This document shows, piece after piece, positions 9,592-19,323 of a stretch of 64,000 nucleotides of DNA (positions are counted from its first letter, which is position 1; the number at the start of each line of letters is the position of its first letter). The DNA lies in NCBI GenBank assembly GCA_963724635.1, contig CAVRVI010000006.1, positions 129,780 to 193,779 of the forward strand, given 5' to 3'. The notes below the pieces were generated by a model, which ran no database searches, was not told the DNA's origin, and was given only the letters and a program-made list of their open reading frames with translations. The DNA comes from an uncultured Chloroflexia bacterium. Lineage in GTDB: Bacteria > Chloroflexota > Limnocylindria > Limnocylindrales > CSP1-4. The position numbers and the translations under genes were made by a program.

Positions 9592-10962
9592 TCAGCCCGC
9601 CGCCTCGACCTCGTGGAGGGCGCCGGCATCGACCACCTCGGCGAGCACCTCGGTGTCGTGTCCGGCGACCTGCGCCACCGCTTCCCCGAAGATCCGGAGC
9701 GCCGTGACCATCTCGGCCTCGCTCACGGTCAACGCCGGAGACATCCGCACGCTCGACTTGCCGCATTCCAGCACGAGCAGGCCGCGCTCGAAGCAGGCCC
9801 ACTGGACTTCCTCCGCATGCTCGGCCGTATCGAACTCGACGCCGATCATCAGGCCGAGGCCACGGACGTCGCGGATGAGCCCATCGAAACGCTCGGCGAG
9901 CGGCCGCAGACCGGCCTGGGCCTGGGCCCCGCGGGCTTCGGCATTGGCGACCAGGCCGCCCTCGAGCAGGTCGATCGTGGCGAGGGCGGCGGCGCAGGCG
10001 ACCGGGTTGCCGCCATACGTGGAGCCGTGCGCCCCGGGACCCCAGCGCTCCAGCAACTCGGCGCGGGCGACCATCGCGCCCAGCGGCATCCCGCTGGCGA
10101 TGCCCTTGGCCGTGAGCAGGATGTCGGGCTTGACGCCCCAGTGGTCGACGGCCCACATCGTGCCGGTCCGCCCGGCGCCCGACTGGATCTCGTCGGCGAT
10201 GAGCAGGATCCCGTGCTCGTCGCAGATCCGGCGCAGGCCCTGCAGGAAGCCGTCCTCGGGGACGATGTAGCCGCCCTCGCCCTGGACCGGCTCCACGATG
10301 ATCGCCGCGACCTCGTTGGCCGGGGCGAGCTTGTCGAAGAGGACCTCATCGAACCACTTGAGGTCCTCCACCCGGCCGTAGGGCGCGTGGAAGACGCCCG
10401 GCAGCAGCGGTCCGAATCCGGCGTGGTACTTGGCCTTGGACGCGGTCAGCGAGACGGCGCCGTAGGTCCGCCCGTGGAACGCCCCCAGGAACGCGACGAC
10501 GTAGGGCCGGTGCGTGGCGTAGCGGGCCAGCTTGATCGAGGCCTCCACGACCTCGGCGCCGGAGTTGCCGAGGTAGGTCCGGGCGCGACCCTCGATCGGC
10601 GAGATCTCGGCGATGCGCTGACAGACCTCGGGGTAGATCGGCAGGTAGAAGTCGGAGGCGGAGAAGTGGATGAGCTCCGCTGCCTGTTCCTTGATCGCGG
10701 CGACGACTTGCGGATGGGAATGACCCGTGGAGTTCACCGCGATGCCGGCCGCGAAGTCCAGGAACAGGTTGCCGTCGATGTCCTCGACGGTGAGGCCATC
10801 GCCGCGGACCGGCACGATCGGATAGGCGCGCGGCAGGCTCGGTGACGTCCACGTCTCGTCGTAGGTGACGTGTGCCCGTGCCTTGGGACCGGGCAGCTCG
10901 GTGACGATGTGCGGAACGGGGCGATCGCTGGCGATCGTGGAGCCGCGCGTGGACTCGGACAA
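9592..10962 (-). CDS. Class-III PLP aminotransferase (4-aminobutyrate/omega-amino acid aminotransferase-like)
   Basis: Intact 456-aa ORF with a TTG start. Motifs include GIAVNSTGHSHP, NSGAEVVEASIKLAR, FHGRTYGAVSLT, EPVQGEGGYIVP, LLIADEIQSGAGRTG, LTAKGIASGMPLGA and STYGGNPVACAAA. Confidence 0.85.
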   Translation of the reverse strand: MSESTRGSTIASDRPVPHIVTELPGPKARAHVTYDETWTSPSLPRAYPIVPVRGDGLTVEDIDGNLFLDFAAGIAVNSTGHSHPQVVAAIKEQAAELIHFSASDFYLPIYPEVCQRIAEISPIEGRARTYLGNSGAEVVEASIKLARYATHRPYVVAFLGAFHGRTYGAVSLTASKAKYHAGFGPLLPGVFHAPYGRVEDLKWFDEVLFDKLAPANEVAAIIVEPVQGEGGYIVPEDGFLQGLRRICDEHGILLIADEIQSGAGRTGTMWAVDHWGVKPDILLTAKGIASGMPLGAMVARAELLERWGPGAHGSTYGGNPVACAAALATIDLLEGGLVANAEARGAQAQAGLRPLAERFDGLIRDVRGLGLMIGVEFDTAEHAEEVQWACFERGLLVLECGKSSVRMSPALTVSEAEMVTALRIFGEAVAQVAGHDTEVLAEVVDAGALHEVEAAG

Positions 10963-11128
10963 GGAGGCACCTCTCGAGGCTGGATCCTGGGGTCAGGATG
11001 CATAGATGGTATGCAGACTGGATACTGGCGACCGAGTATAGCCGACGCCCGGGTACGTCGAATGGGGGGTCGGGGATAGTCCTGTCAGGTGGCTGCGACC
11101 TGGCCGCCCCACCCGTACGGTTGCGGAT

Positions 11129-13222
11129 ATGACGACATCGGTGGGCCCCGGAGCCATCGAGCAGCCGACGAGTCCGCCGACGGGGCGGACCCTGCGCGCC
11201 GACGCGCCCGCCCGCCTCGTGGCCCGGATCGCCCGCTCGCTCTGGTTGCGCGACCGCGCCGTCGCCGAGCTGCGCTGGGGCGCCGTCACGCTCGCGGCGA
11301 TGGCCCTGCTGGCGATCATCGGCAAGGCGCTCGATCCGGCCGAGGACGGCTTCGACCTGGCGATCCTCCTGGTCACCCCGATCGCCATCGTGGCGATCGC
11401 CGTGGCGTGGTCGCCCCAGGCACCGGCACTCATGGCACGGCCCTTCGTCCGGCGGGCGCTGGGCCCGGCCGTCGTCGTCCTGGCGATGGGGGTCACCGGA
11501 CCGATCGACGTCGCGTCGCTGGCGATCCCATCGGCCGCACCGCTCGCCTGGCTCGCCCTGGCCTTCGCCGCGATCACCCCGGGCTACCCGATCGCCCTCG
11601 CCATCATGCTGGGCGCCACCCTCGGCGCCTTCGTGAGCCACGAGGGCGTCATCGCCGGCACCGGCCTGGATGTCGTGCGCGACGAGTTCGTCGTCTCGTC
11701 GGCGGTCGTCTTCGCCGCCTCCACCGGGATGTACGTCGTCGTCCGGGTGGCGGCCGAGGCCGAGGCGCGCGCGACGCGGCTGGCCGTGCGCAGCCGCGCG
11801 CGGGTCGACACGCTCGAGGCGCTCGATCGCATCGAGCGTCGATTCGATGGCTCGCGCCCGATCGGCGACGTGATCCAGACCGTGGTCGACGACGTGTCCC
11901 GCGAGTTCGAGGTCGCGCTCGTGTCGATGTACCTGCCGACCGACGACGGCCGGCTCAACATGGTCGGCGTCGCCGGCTACCACAGCCCGTTCCACGTCCT
12001 CGAGATCGGTATCGGCGTGATCGGTCGGGCCGCCGAGAGCAAGGTGACCCAATTCGTCCCGGACGTGCTCGCCGACCCCGACTACCGCGCGGCGCGCGAC
12101 GACGTCCGGAGCGAGATCGCCGCCCCGATCCTCCACGGCGAGGAGCTGCTGGGTGTCGTCAATTTCGAAGGGACCCTCGCCCATCCCATGACGACCGCGC
12201 ACGTGGCCCTCGCCGAGATGCTGGCCCGCGCGATCGCCTCGTCGCTGCGCTCCGCCCGCCTCGACGAGGAGCGACGCGAACGACTGCATGCGATCGAGCG
12301 CGTGCTCGACGTGTCGCGGGGCCTCGTCAGCGATCTCGATCGCGGACGGACGGTGCGCGCGGTGGTGGATGCGGCCGCGGACCTGCTGGCCGCGGAATCC
12401 GTCTACGTCGCTGGGCGCGACTCGGGCGGTCGCTACATCGTGGAGCACGAGACCCCGATAGCCGACAACGCCGGACGCATCCTGGGGTCCGGCGATGTCG
12501 TCGCGCTGCAGGCCACCCAGGCTGCTGCTCCGATCGTCCACGGCGGCTCACGGTCCACGCTGGCGCTCCCCATCCGCATCGAGAACGAGGTGGCGGCCGT
12601 CCTGGTCGCCTTCCGCCCGGCGGGTGCGCCGACGTTCGGTCCGATGGAGCTGCGGATCGCGGACCTGCTCGTGACCCAGGTCGCGGTCGCCTTGCGCAAT
12701 GCCGAACGGCACGCGCTCGTGAGCGATGCCGCCGTGCGCGACCCGCTGACCGGACTCCTCAACCGACGCTTCTTCGATGAGGCGGTCGAGAGCGCGTTCG
12801 CCACCGCCCGCCGATCGGGCGATGCGTTGAGCCTGATCGTGCTGGATCTCGACCGCTTCTCGGCCGTCAACAACGAACACGGGCACGCGACGGGGGACGC
12901 GGTCCTGCGACGCGTCGCGCGGGCGATGGCCGGAGCCGTCCGCGTGGGCGACATCGTGGCCCGCTATGGCGGGGAGGAATTCGTGGTCATCGCACCCGGC
13001 GCCGATACCGAGGAGGCCGTGGCCGTGGCGGAGCGGATCCGGGCTGCGGTGGCGAGTGCGTCGACGGCCGGCACCGATGCCCAGGACGTCGCGATCACGG
13101 TCTCGGCCGGCGTGGCGTCGCTCCTGGGCGACGAATTGGACGGCCGGGCGCTGTTCCGCGCCGCCGACTCCGCCTTGCTGACCGCCAAGCGAGCCGGTCG
13201 CGACCGGGTGGTGGCCGTCTAG
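11129..13222 (+). CDS. Membrane-bound GAF-GAF-GGDEF diguanylate cyclase
   Basis: Intact 697-aa ORF. It has N-terminal hydrophobic helices, two GAF-like regions, and a GGDEF domain (RDPLTGLLNRRFF...DLDRFSAVNNEHGHATGDAVL...ARYGGEEFVVI). Confidence 0.9.
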   Translation: MTTSVGPGAIEQPTSPPTGRTLRADAPARLVARIARSLWLRDRAVAELRWGAVTLAAMALLAIIGKALDPAEDGFDLAILLVTPIAIVAIAVAWSPQAPALMARPFVRRALGPAVVVLAMGVTGPIDVASLAIPSAAPLAWLALAFAAITPGYPIALAIMLGATLGAFVSHEGVIAGTGLDVVRDEFVVSSAVVFAASTGMYVVVRVAAEAEARATRLAVRSRARVDTLEALDRIERRFDGSRPIGDVIQTVVDDVSREFEVALVSMYLPTDDGRLNMVGVAGYHSPFHVLEIGIGVIGRAAESKVTQFVPDVLADPDYRAARDDVRSEIAAPILHGEELLGVVNFEGTLAHPMTTAHVALAEMLARAIASSLRSARLDEERRERLHAIERVLDVSRGLVSDLDRGRTVRAVVDAAADLLAAESVYVAGRDSGGRYIVEHETPIADNAGRILGSGDVVALQATQAAAPIVHGGSRSTLALPIRIENEVAAVLVAFRPAGAPTFGPMELRIADLLVTQVAVALRNAERHALVSDAAVRDPLTGLLNRRFFDEAVESAFATARRSGDALSLIVLDLDRFSAVNNEHGHATGDAVLRRVARAMAGAVRVGDIVARYGGEEFVVIAPGADTEEAVAVAERIRAAVASASTAGTDAQDVAITVSAGVASLLGDELDGRALFRAADSALLTAKRAGRDRVVAV

Positions 13223-13495
13223 GAGTCCCCCGGTCCAGCCACGGGCGCAGAGCCTCCGCGCCATCCGGGTCGGCAACCGCGGCCCAACTTGCCACTGAGC
13301 CTGACCATGTCAGCGTGAGAGGACACGAATCCAACGAATGAGCGTGTGCAACCTGCTCAGAACGGCATCGATGTCGATCTGAGTGATCGGTCACGAGGGA
13401 TTCGTCACGAACCTGTCTACTGACGCTGACATCGTCAGCCGTAGTGACACGCGCGGGGTCGCCCGACGCGCGCAGCGACCGCCCTCTGCGGCGCC

Positions 13496-15073
13496 TCAGT
13501 CGACGATGGTGTGGGACTGCTCGCGCATGAACTGCGCCACGTAGTACATCGACAGGCCCGCCTTGCCGGTGGAACCGCTGCCTTTCCAGCCACCGAACGC
13601 CTGCACGCCCGGCCAGGCTCCGGTCGTGGCGCCCGCGCGTCGGTTCACGTACAGCACGCCCGAGTGGATCCGGTCCAGAAACTGCTGCACCTCGGCCGGG
13701 TCCTCGCTGTAGACGCCCGCGGTCAACCCGTAGACGGACTCGTTGGCCAGCGTCAGCGCCTCGTCGAGCGAGTCCACGGCCGCGACCGCCGTCAATGGTG
13801 CGAACAGCTCGTCGCGGAACAGTCGGTGGTCGGCGGGCAGGCCGACGACGGTCGGCTCGACGTAGAAGCCGCGGGCGAGGTCGCCATCGGTCAGGTGCTC
13901 GCCGCCGGTGAAGACCTGGCCGTCCCGGCGCGCCTCGGCGACCGCGTCCTGATGGCGCTGCACGGCACGGGCGTCCACGACCGGTCCCAGCCAGTTCGAC
14001 CGCACCAGCGGATCGCCGATGACGATCGCCTCGGTCTTCTCGACCAGCTTCTGGACGAGCGCGTCGTGGACCGGCCGCTCCACGTAGACCCGCGAGTTGG
14101 CCGAGCACTTCTGCCCACCGAACCCGAAGGCGGCCCGCATGATCCCCTCGGCCGCCTCGTCGAGGTCCGCGTTGCGCGTGACGATCGCCGGGTTCTTGCC
14201 GCCCATCTCGACGATGCACGGTCGCGGCCACGTCGTGCTGAACGAGTGGAACAGACGCATCCCGACCTCGTACGAGCCGGTGAACACGATGCCATCGACG
14301 CCGGGGTGGTCCTGCAGCGCCTGTCCGACGGTCTCACCCGGACCCATCACGAGGTTGACGACGCCCGCCGGCACGCCGGCATCGATGTAGGCCTCCATCA
14401 GCTTGATGGCCGACCACGGCGCCGCCGACGACGGCTTGAAGACGACCGTGTTGCCGGCCATCATCGCGGCGCTCGTGGGGCCGGCCGCGAGAGCCATCGG
14501 GAAGTTGAACGGGCTGACGACGGCGAACACGCCGTGCGGCCGCAGCACGGACCGGGTGTGGACGGCGCTGTCGCCGAGGTTGCCCAGCGGGTGGTCGTAG
14601 CCCGCGTTGTCCTCCATCGTCTGCGCGTAATAGCGGATGAGGTCGGCCGACTCCTCGACCTCGCCGAGCGCCTCGATCCGGTTCTTGCCGACCTCGAAGC
14701 TCATGATCGCGGACTCGTCCATGAGCCGATCGCTGATGAACTCGGCGGCGCGACGCATGATCGCGAGCCGCTCCTGCCAGGGCGTGGCGGCCCAGGCCGG
14801 CTGGGCCTTGCGGGCCGCGGCGACCGCGTCATCGACGTCGTCGGGCACCCCGGTCGCGAACGTGCCGAGCACGATGTCCGAGTCGATCGGCGAGCGGACC
14901 TGGAACGAGCTCGCGCCGTCGCGCCAGGCGCCATCGATATAGTTGCGGTAGTGGGCGCCGAGGCCGGCACGGACACGCGTCACAGCGGCTTCGAAGCCGC
15001 TGTGCAGCTCCTCGTTGTCCGCCTTGAGGGTGGCGTACGTGATCTTGATGCGCGGCTTGGCCTCGGACGTCAT
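13496..15073 (-). CDS. NAD-dependent aldehyde dehydrogenase (1-pyrroline-5-carboxylate/glutamate-semialdehyde dehydrogenase-like)
   Basis: Intact 525-aa ORF with FNFPMALAAGPTSAAMMAGNTVVFKPSS, EMGGKNPAIV and FGFGGQKCSANSR. This is RocA/PruA-type architecture. The exact substrate is inferred. Confidence 0.85.
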   Translation of the reverse strand: MTSEAKPRIKITYATLKADNEELHSGFEAAVTRVRAGLGAHYRNYIDGAWRDGASSFQVRSPIDSDIVLGTFATGVPDDVDDAVAAARKAQPAWAATPWQERLAIMRRAAEFISDRLMDESAIMSFEVGKNRIEALGEVEESADLIRYYAQTMEDNAGYDHPLGNLGDSAVHTRSVLRPHGVFAVVSPFNFPMALAAGPTSAAMMAGNTVVFKPSSAAPWSAIKLMEAYIDAGVPAGVVNLVMGPGETVGQALQDHPGVDGIVFTGSYEVGMRLFHSFSTTWPRPCIVEMGGKNPAIVTRNADLDEAAEGIMRAAFGFGGQKCSANSRVYVERPVHDALVQKLVEKTEAIVIGDPLVRSNWLGPVVDARAVQRHQDAVAEARRDGQVFTGGEHLTDGDLARGFYVEPTVVGLPADHRLFRDELFAPLTAVAAVDSLDEALTLANESVYGLTAGVYSEDPAEVQQFLDRIHSGVLYVNRRAGATTGAWPGVQAFGGWKGSGSTGKAGLSMYYVAQFMREQSHTIVD

Positions 15074-15143
15074 GGCAGGTCCCTCATGTCGGGTCGATCG
15101 GGGTTCGCGCGCCGCCGTGCCGGGGCGCGCCGGGATGGTGCGG

Positions 15144-16062
15144 TCAGTCTAGCGCGGCAGCCGAGGCGACCAGCGCGTCCACGACCTCGGCCAGCGATGC
15201 CGCGATGGCATCTGGATCCCGGCGGCCGCGACCCAGCGTGGGCGCCGCGAGATGCTCCTCCCCGGTCTTGCCGGTCAGCACGAGGACGCCGCGCATCCCC
15301 ACCCGCTGGGCCGCTCGCACGTCCGCGTCGGGATCGTCCCCGACCATCGCGACGGCCGCGGCCGGGACGCGCCGACCCAGGTCGTGCCGCAGCCCCGCCA
15401 GGGCCTGGCGGAACACGCTGGGCGACGGCTTGCCCATGACCGCCGCGCGGATGCCGGTCGCGAACTCCAGGCCGACCACGACCGCACCGGAATCGAGCGT
15501 GGGTCCCTTCGGCGTGAGCCACCACGGGTTGCGGTGCATCGCCACGAATGCGGCTCCGCCACGGATCAGGCGGAAGGCCGCGTCCATGTTCCCGAAGGAC
15601 AGGTCGTCCCCACCATCCCCGATCACGACCGCCGCGACCTCGCCCGGCCGGGCCGACGATGCCTCGTCGTTGCCGACCAGCGTCTGCCCATCGAACTCGC
15701 GCCGGGCGTCGGGAGTGCGAGAGCACGTAGATCGGCCGGCCCTGGAAGTGCGCTGCCGTGTGGGCCGCCGCCGCGGAGGCCGCCGTGATGAGCCGCTCAG
15801 GATCGATGCTGGTGCCGCCCTGCGCGAACCGGGCCGCCAGCGTGGACCGGTGGGCGAGCGAGAAGTTGGTCACGACCCGATACGGCGTGCCCCTCGCGTC
15901 GAGCCGTCCGAGCGCTTCGATGGCGCCCGGGATCGGCTCGCCCTTGAGGACGATGACGCCATCGGCGTCGAGGACGAATCCCTCGACGCCACGAAGGGCG
16001 GGCGGAGGGCGGAGGAGTCGGTCGTCGGCATCGGCCGATGGTAGGCTGCCGACTGGCCGCAC
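15144..16062 (-). CDS. HAD-IIA-family hydrolase (NagD-like), one frame interruption (~15714)
   Basis: The N-part, from GTG 16062, is GFVLDADGVIVLKGEPIPGAIEALGRLDARGTPYRVVTNFS...RPIYVLS. The C-part, in ORF 15144..15626, is VIGDGGDDLSFGNMDAAFRL...MGKPSPSVF...MVGDDPDADVRAAQRVGMRGVLVLTGK. Confidence 0.7.
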
Positions 16063-16090
16063 GCGCGGCGATCGTTGCTGAGGTGCACGG

Positions 16091-16873
16091 ATGGGCCTGC
16101 TCGAGGGCAAGAACGCGCTGATCTTCGGCGTCGCGAACGACCACTCGATCGCGTGGGGGATCGCCCAGGCTCTCCATGCCGAAGGCGCCGAGGTCGGGTT
16201 CTCGTCGGTCGAGAGCCTCATCGACAAGCGGGTCCGACCGCTCGCCGCCACGTTGGGTTCCACCTTCGTCGAGCCGTGCGACGTCCAGTCCGACGACGAT
16301 ATCGCTCGCGTCTTCGAGCGCTATGCGGCCACCCACGACCGTCTGGACGTCCTCGTCCATGCCCTGGCCTTCGCCAAGCGCGAGGACCTGTCGGGCGGGT
16401 TCGTCCAGACGTCGCGCGACGGATTCGCGCTGGCCATGGACGTGTCCGCGTACTCGTTGGTCGCGCTGACCCGTGCCGCGCAGCCGCTCATGCGGCCCGG
16501 CTCATCGGTCATGACGCTGACCTATTACGGGGCGGAGAAGGTCGTCGCCAACTACAACGTCATGGGCGTCGCGAAGGCGGCCCTGGAGGCGTCGGTGCGG
16601 TATCTCGCCGCCGACCTTGGGCCGTCGGGCGTGCGCGTCAACGCGATCAGTGCCGGGCCCGTGCGGACGCTCGCCTCAGCCGGGATCTCCGGCTTCAAGC
16701 AGCTGTACGGCGGGTTCGACGAGATCGCCCCGCTGCGGGCCAACATCACGATCGAGGACGTGGGCAAGAGCGCGGTCTACCTCGCCTCGGACCTCTCGAG
16801 CGCGGTCACCGGCGAGATCCACTACGTCGATGGCGGGTTCAACGTGATGGGCGTGCCGACCGGCGGGGAGTAG
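16091..16873 (+). CDS. fabI: Enoyl-[acyl-carrier-protein] reductase (NADH)
   Basis: Intact 260-aa ORF with LLEGKNALIFGVANDHSIAWGIA, TYYGAEKVVANYNVMGVAKAALEASVRYLA (Tyr/Lys catalytic pair) and NAISAGPVRTLA. Confidence 0.9.
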   Translation: MGLLEGKNALIFGVANDHSIAWGIAQALHAEGAEVGFSSVESLIDKRVRPLAATLGSTFVEPCDVQSDDDIARVFERYAATHDRLDVLVHALAFAKREDLSGGFVQTSRDGFALAMDVSAYSLVALTRAAQPLMRPGSSVMTLTYYGAEKVVANYNVMGVAKAALEASVRYLAADLGPSGVRVNAISAGPVRTLASAGISGFKQLYGGFDEIAPLRANITIEDVGKSAVYLASDLSSAVTGEIHYVDGGFNVMGVPTGGE

Positions 16874-16879
16874 CGCCCG

Positions 16880-17359
16880 CTACCAGCCGAGCGTGCCGGG
16901 CGCACCCTTGAACGGGCCGCGGATCCGGCTCGTGATCCAGCCGCCGTAGAAGCCGCCTTCCTGGGCGACCGCCCGTTCATCGCCGACCCAGGCCTCGTCC
17001 ACCCGGCCCGGGTAGAAGGCAAGGTGACCACGGATCGCCTCGAAACCAGGGAGCGGCCGCTCGTACGACCAGGCGACGTCGTCGACACGCCGCGACCCGA
17101 CCGCCAGCGAGTGGTAGGACGCGCTCCCCTTCCATTCGCACACGGAATGCCCACGTCCCAGCGACAGCAGGTCCTGGCGAACATCCTCGGGCGGGACGTA
17201 GTAGACGGGTGGATGGCTGGTCTCGAGGACCCGGAGGGCCCGTGTCGAGTCGGCGATGGTGACGCCGTCGACGACGACGCGGATGCGTTCAGCGACCGGC
17301 TCCACACGTGGTGGCCGCGGATAGTCCCAGACGTTCTCGGTGGCGGGTTCGGTGGTCAT
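16880..17359 (-). CDS. DUF427-domain protein
   Basis: Inner ATG at 17359 of ORF 16880..17719 gives MTTEPATENVWDYPRPPRVEP...ETSHPPVYYVPPEDV...CEWKGSASYHSL...EGGFYGGWITS. Confidence 0.8.
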   Translation of the reverse strand: MTTEPATENVWDYPRPPRVEPVAERIRVVVDGVTIADSTRALRVLETSHPPVYYVPPEDVRQDLLSLGRGHSVCEWKGSASYHSLAVGSRRVDDVAWSYERPLPGFEAIRGHLAFYPGRVDEAWVGDERAVAQEGGFYGGWITSRIRGPFKGAPGTLGW

Positions 17360-17394
17360 GCCATCGATTCGCCCGTCGCCCCGCGGCGGATGGG

Positions 17395-18096
17395 TCAGCG
17401 GCCGAGCGACGCGATGATCGTCTCGACGTCCGCGATGGGCAGCTCGCCCGTCATCCGGCCCTTGACGGTCCCATCGGCGTTCACGAACACCCAGAACGGG
17501 AAGGCGGAGAGGCCATACGCGGTCGCCACGGAGCCGGTCCGGTCGACGATGACCGGCACCGTCCAGCCTTCGCGCGCGAGCCACTCCTCGGGTGGGTAGT
17601 TGGGCAGGGTGGCATCGATCGCGGTCGCGACGGAGATGAGCTCGACTCCGTCGGGGGCGCCACCGGCGTCCAGCCACGCCTGCAGAAGCGGCACCTCCTC
17701 CTGGCAATGGCTGCACCAATGGGCGAGGAAGAGGATGACCTTGGGCTTGCCGTCGAGCGTGATCGAGACCGGCTGACCGGCGAAGTTCGCGCCCTCGACC
17801 GCCGGGATCGTCAGCCCGATCGCCGGATCGGCCGTCGTCGTCGTGAACGTCGGCAACGCCGCGCCCGTGATGACCGGCGCGCCCGATGGCGCAGGTGCCG
17901 ACGATGTCCCGGCCGAACCTGACGCCGATGGGATCGGCGAGGACGCGCCACCGCTGGAGCCGCTCGTCAGGGCGATCGCGGCCACCGCCGCCACCACCAC
18001 CACGGCGACGCCGACGATCGGGAGCAGGAACCGCGACGACGAGGAGCCGTCGCGCGCGCGGGCGGCTTCGCGGCGGGAGTCACGGGAGCGGGTCAT
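17395..18096 (-). CDS. Membrane-anchored TlpA/ResA-like thiol:disulfide oxidoreductase (thioredoxin fold)
   Basis: Intact 233-aa ORF. It has a TM anchor, a Ser/Ala/Pro linker, and a thioredoxin fold with VILFLAHWCSHCQEEVP (CxxC). Confidence 0.8.
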   Translation of the reverse strand: MTRSRDSRREAARARDGSSSSRFLLPIVGVAVVVVAAVAAIALTSGSSGGASSPIPSASGSAGTSSAPAPSGAPVITGAALPTFTTTTADPAIGLTIPAVEGANFAGQPVSITLDGKPKVILFLAHWCSHCQEEVPLLQAWLDAGGAPDGVELISVATAIDATLPNYPPEEWLAREGWTVPVIVDRTGSVATAYGLSAFPFWVFVNADGTVKGRMTGELPIADVETIIASLGR

Positions 18097-18689
18097 GGGA
18101 GTCTCCGGTCAGGATCGGGATCGAGGGCGTCATCCGGCTCGGCCGCAGGGGCAGCCAGGCGGATGGCGATCAGGGTGAGGATCAGGAGGAACGCGGTCAG
18201 GGCGAGCGTCGGGAGGCTGATGAACCCGAACACCCGGAACCAGACCAGCGTGCACGGCGTGGTCGCCGAGCACGCGCCCGAATCGAGCGAGGGGAACCAC
18301 TCCAGCGCCACGTGATACGTCGAGACGAGGGCCCCGATGAACGCCAGCGCACCGACGTAGTACGCCCCGGCTCGTTCCCGGCGGGCGGCCGCGATCCCCA
18401 GCAGGATCACCAGCGGGTACATCGCGATGCGCTGATACCAGCACAACCGACACGGCTCGAAGTTGGCGACTTCGGAGAAGTAGAGACTGCCCGCCGTCGC
18501 GAGGAAGGCGACGACCCAGGCCATGGCATAGGCGTTGGGGGCGACAACGTGGACGAGGTCGTCCCATCGATCGCGCCCGGCGTCGGAGAACGTGGCCGCC
18601 AGTCGGAGCACGACGACGGCCGCGATCGCGGCCAGACCGACGAGCGCGAGGAGCCCAAAGAACGTTTCGACGGCAGCGACGGACATCAA
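18093..18689 (-). CDS. Disulfide bond formation protein B (DsbB/BdbC family)
   Basis: Intact 198-aa ORF with four predicted helices, PCRLCWYQRIAMYP (CxxC) and a second Cys pair (GACSATTPC). It overlaps the TlpA-like gene by 4 nt. Confidence 0.7.
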   Translation of the reverse strand: MMSVAAVETFFGLLALVGLAAIAAVVVLRLAATFSDAGRDRWDDLVHVVAPNAYAMAWVVAFLATAGSLYFSEVANFEPCRLCWYQRIAMYPLVILLGIAAARRERAGAYYVGALAFIGALVSTYHVALEWFPSLDSGACSATTPCTLVWFRVFGFISLPTLALTAFLLILTLIAIRLAAPAAEPDDALDPDPDRRLP

Positions 18690-18828
18690 GCCTCCGGACG
18701 GGAACCGAGACGGAACGGCCGACGACTCGGCGCCATCGACCGCTCGCTCCTCATTGACGGGCCTCCGACCGCGGTGCGCTCAGAGCCGTTCGGCCCGTTC
18801 GGTCCGGGCCGCCCGGCCCAGCACGCCC

Positions 18829-19317
18829 TCATGCGTCCTCGAGCTCGCCGTCGTCGCCGACCCGCTGCAGTTCGTCGAGCGAGTCGAGATGGTCCAGGTA
18901 CAGGCGCCCCTCCAGGTGACCCAACTCATGCTGCAGGGCACGCGCGAGGAAGCCGTGGCCCGCCACGCGGACGGGGCGCCCGCGCCGGTCGAACCCGGTC
19001 ACGACCGCCCGATCGGCACGGGTCGTCGGGGCATAGAAGCCGGCGACGGACAGGCAGCCCTCGAGGTCGGTCTGGGTCCCGTCGGTGCTGACCAGCACGG
19101 GGTTCACGAGCTCGATGTGACGACCTTCGATCTCGATGACGCAAGCGCGCTCCGATCGTCCCACCTGGTTCGCCGCCAGCCCGACGCCGGGGGCGTCGCG
19201 CATCGTCTCGGTCATGTCGTCGAGCAGCCGACCGAGCGTACGATCGAAGCGGCGGACGGTGACCGCCGGCGTGCGCAGGATGGGATCGCCCAGCTGGACG
19301 ATGGGAAGGATGGCCAC
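18829..19317 (-). CDS. def: Peptide deformylase
   Basis: Intact 162-aa ORF with the three diagnostic motifs GVGLAANQVG, EGCLSV and QHELGHLEG. Confidence 0.95.
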   Translation of the reverse strand: MAILPIVQLGDPILRTPAVTVRRFDRTLGRLLDDMTETMRDAPGVGLAANQVGRSERACVIEIEGRHIELVNPVLVSTDGTQTDLEGCLSVAGFYAPTTRADRAVVTGFDRRGRPVRVAGHGFLARALQHELGHLEGRLYLDHLDSLDELQRVGDDGELEDA

Positions 19318-19323
19318 GATCGG

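Noticed and set aside
10963-11128. Direct repeats CTGGATCCTGG (10980-90) and CTGGATACTGG (11018-28) around an ATGCAT-containing AT-rich patch between the aminotransferase and GGDEF genes might be a defined operator.
   Set aside because: There are only two imperfect 11-mers with no symmetry and no known cognate regulator nearby. This is plausible promoter DNA but too weak to call as a feature.
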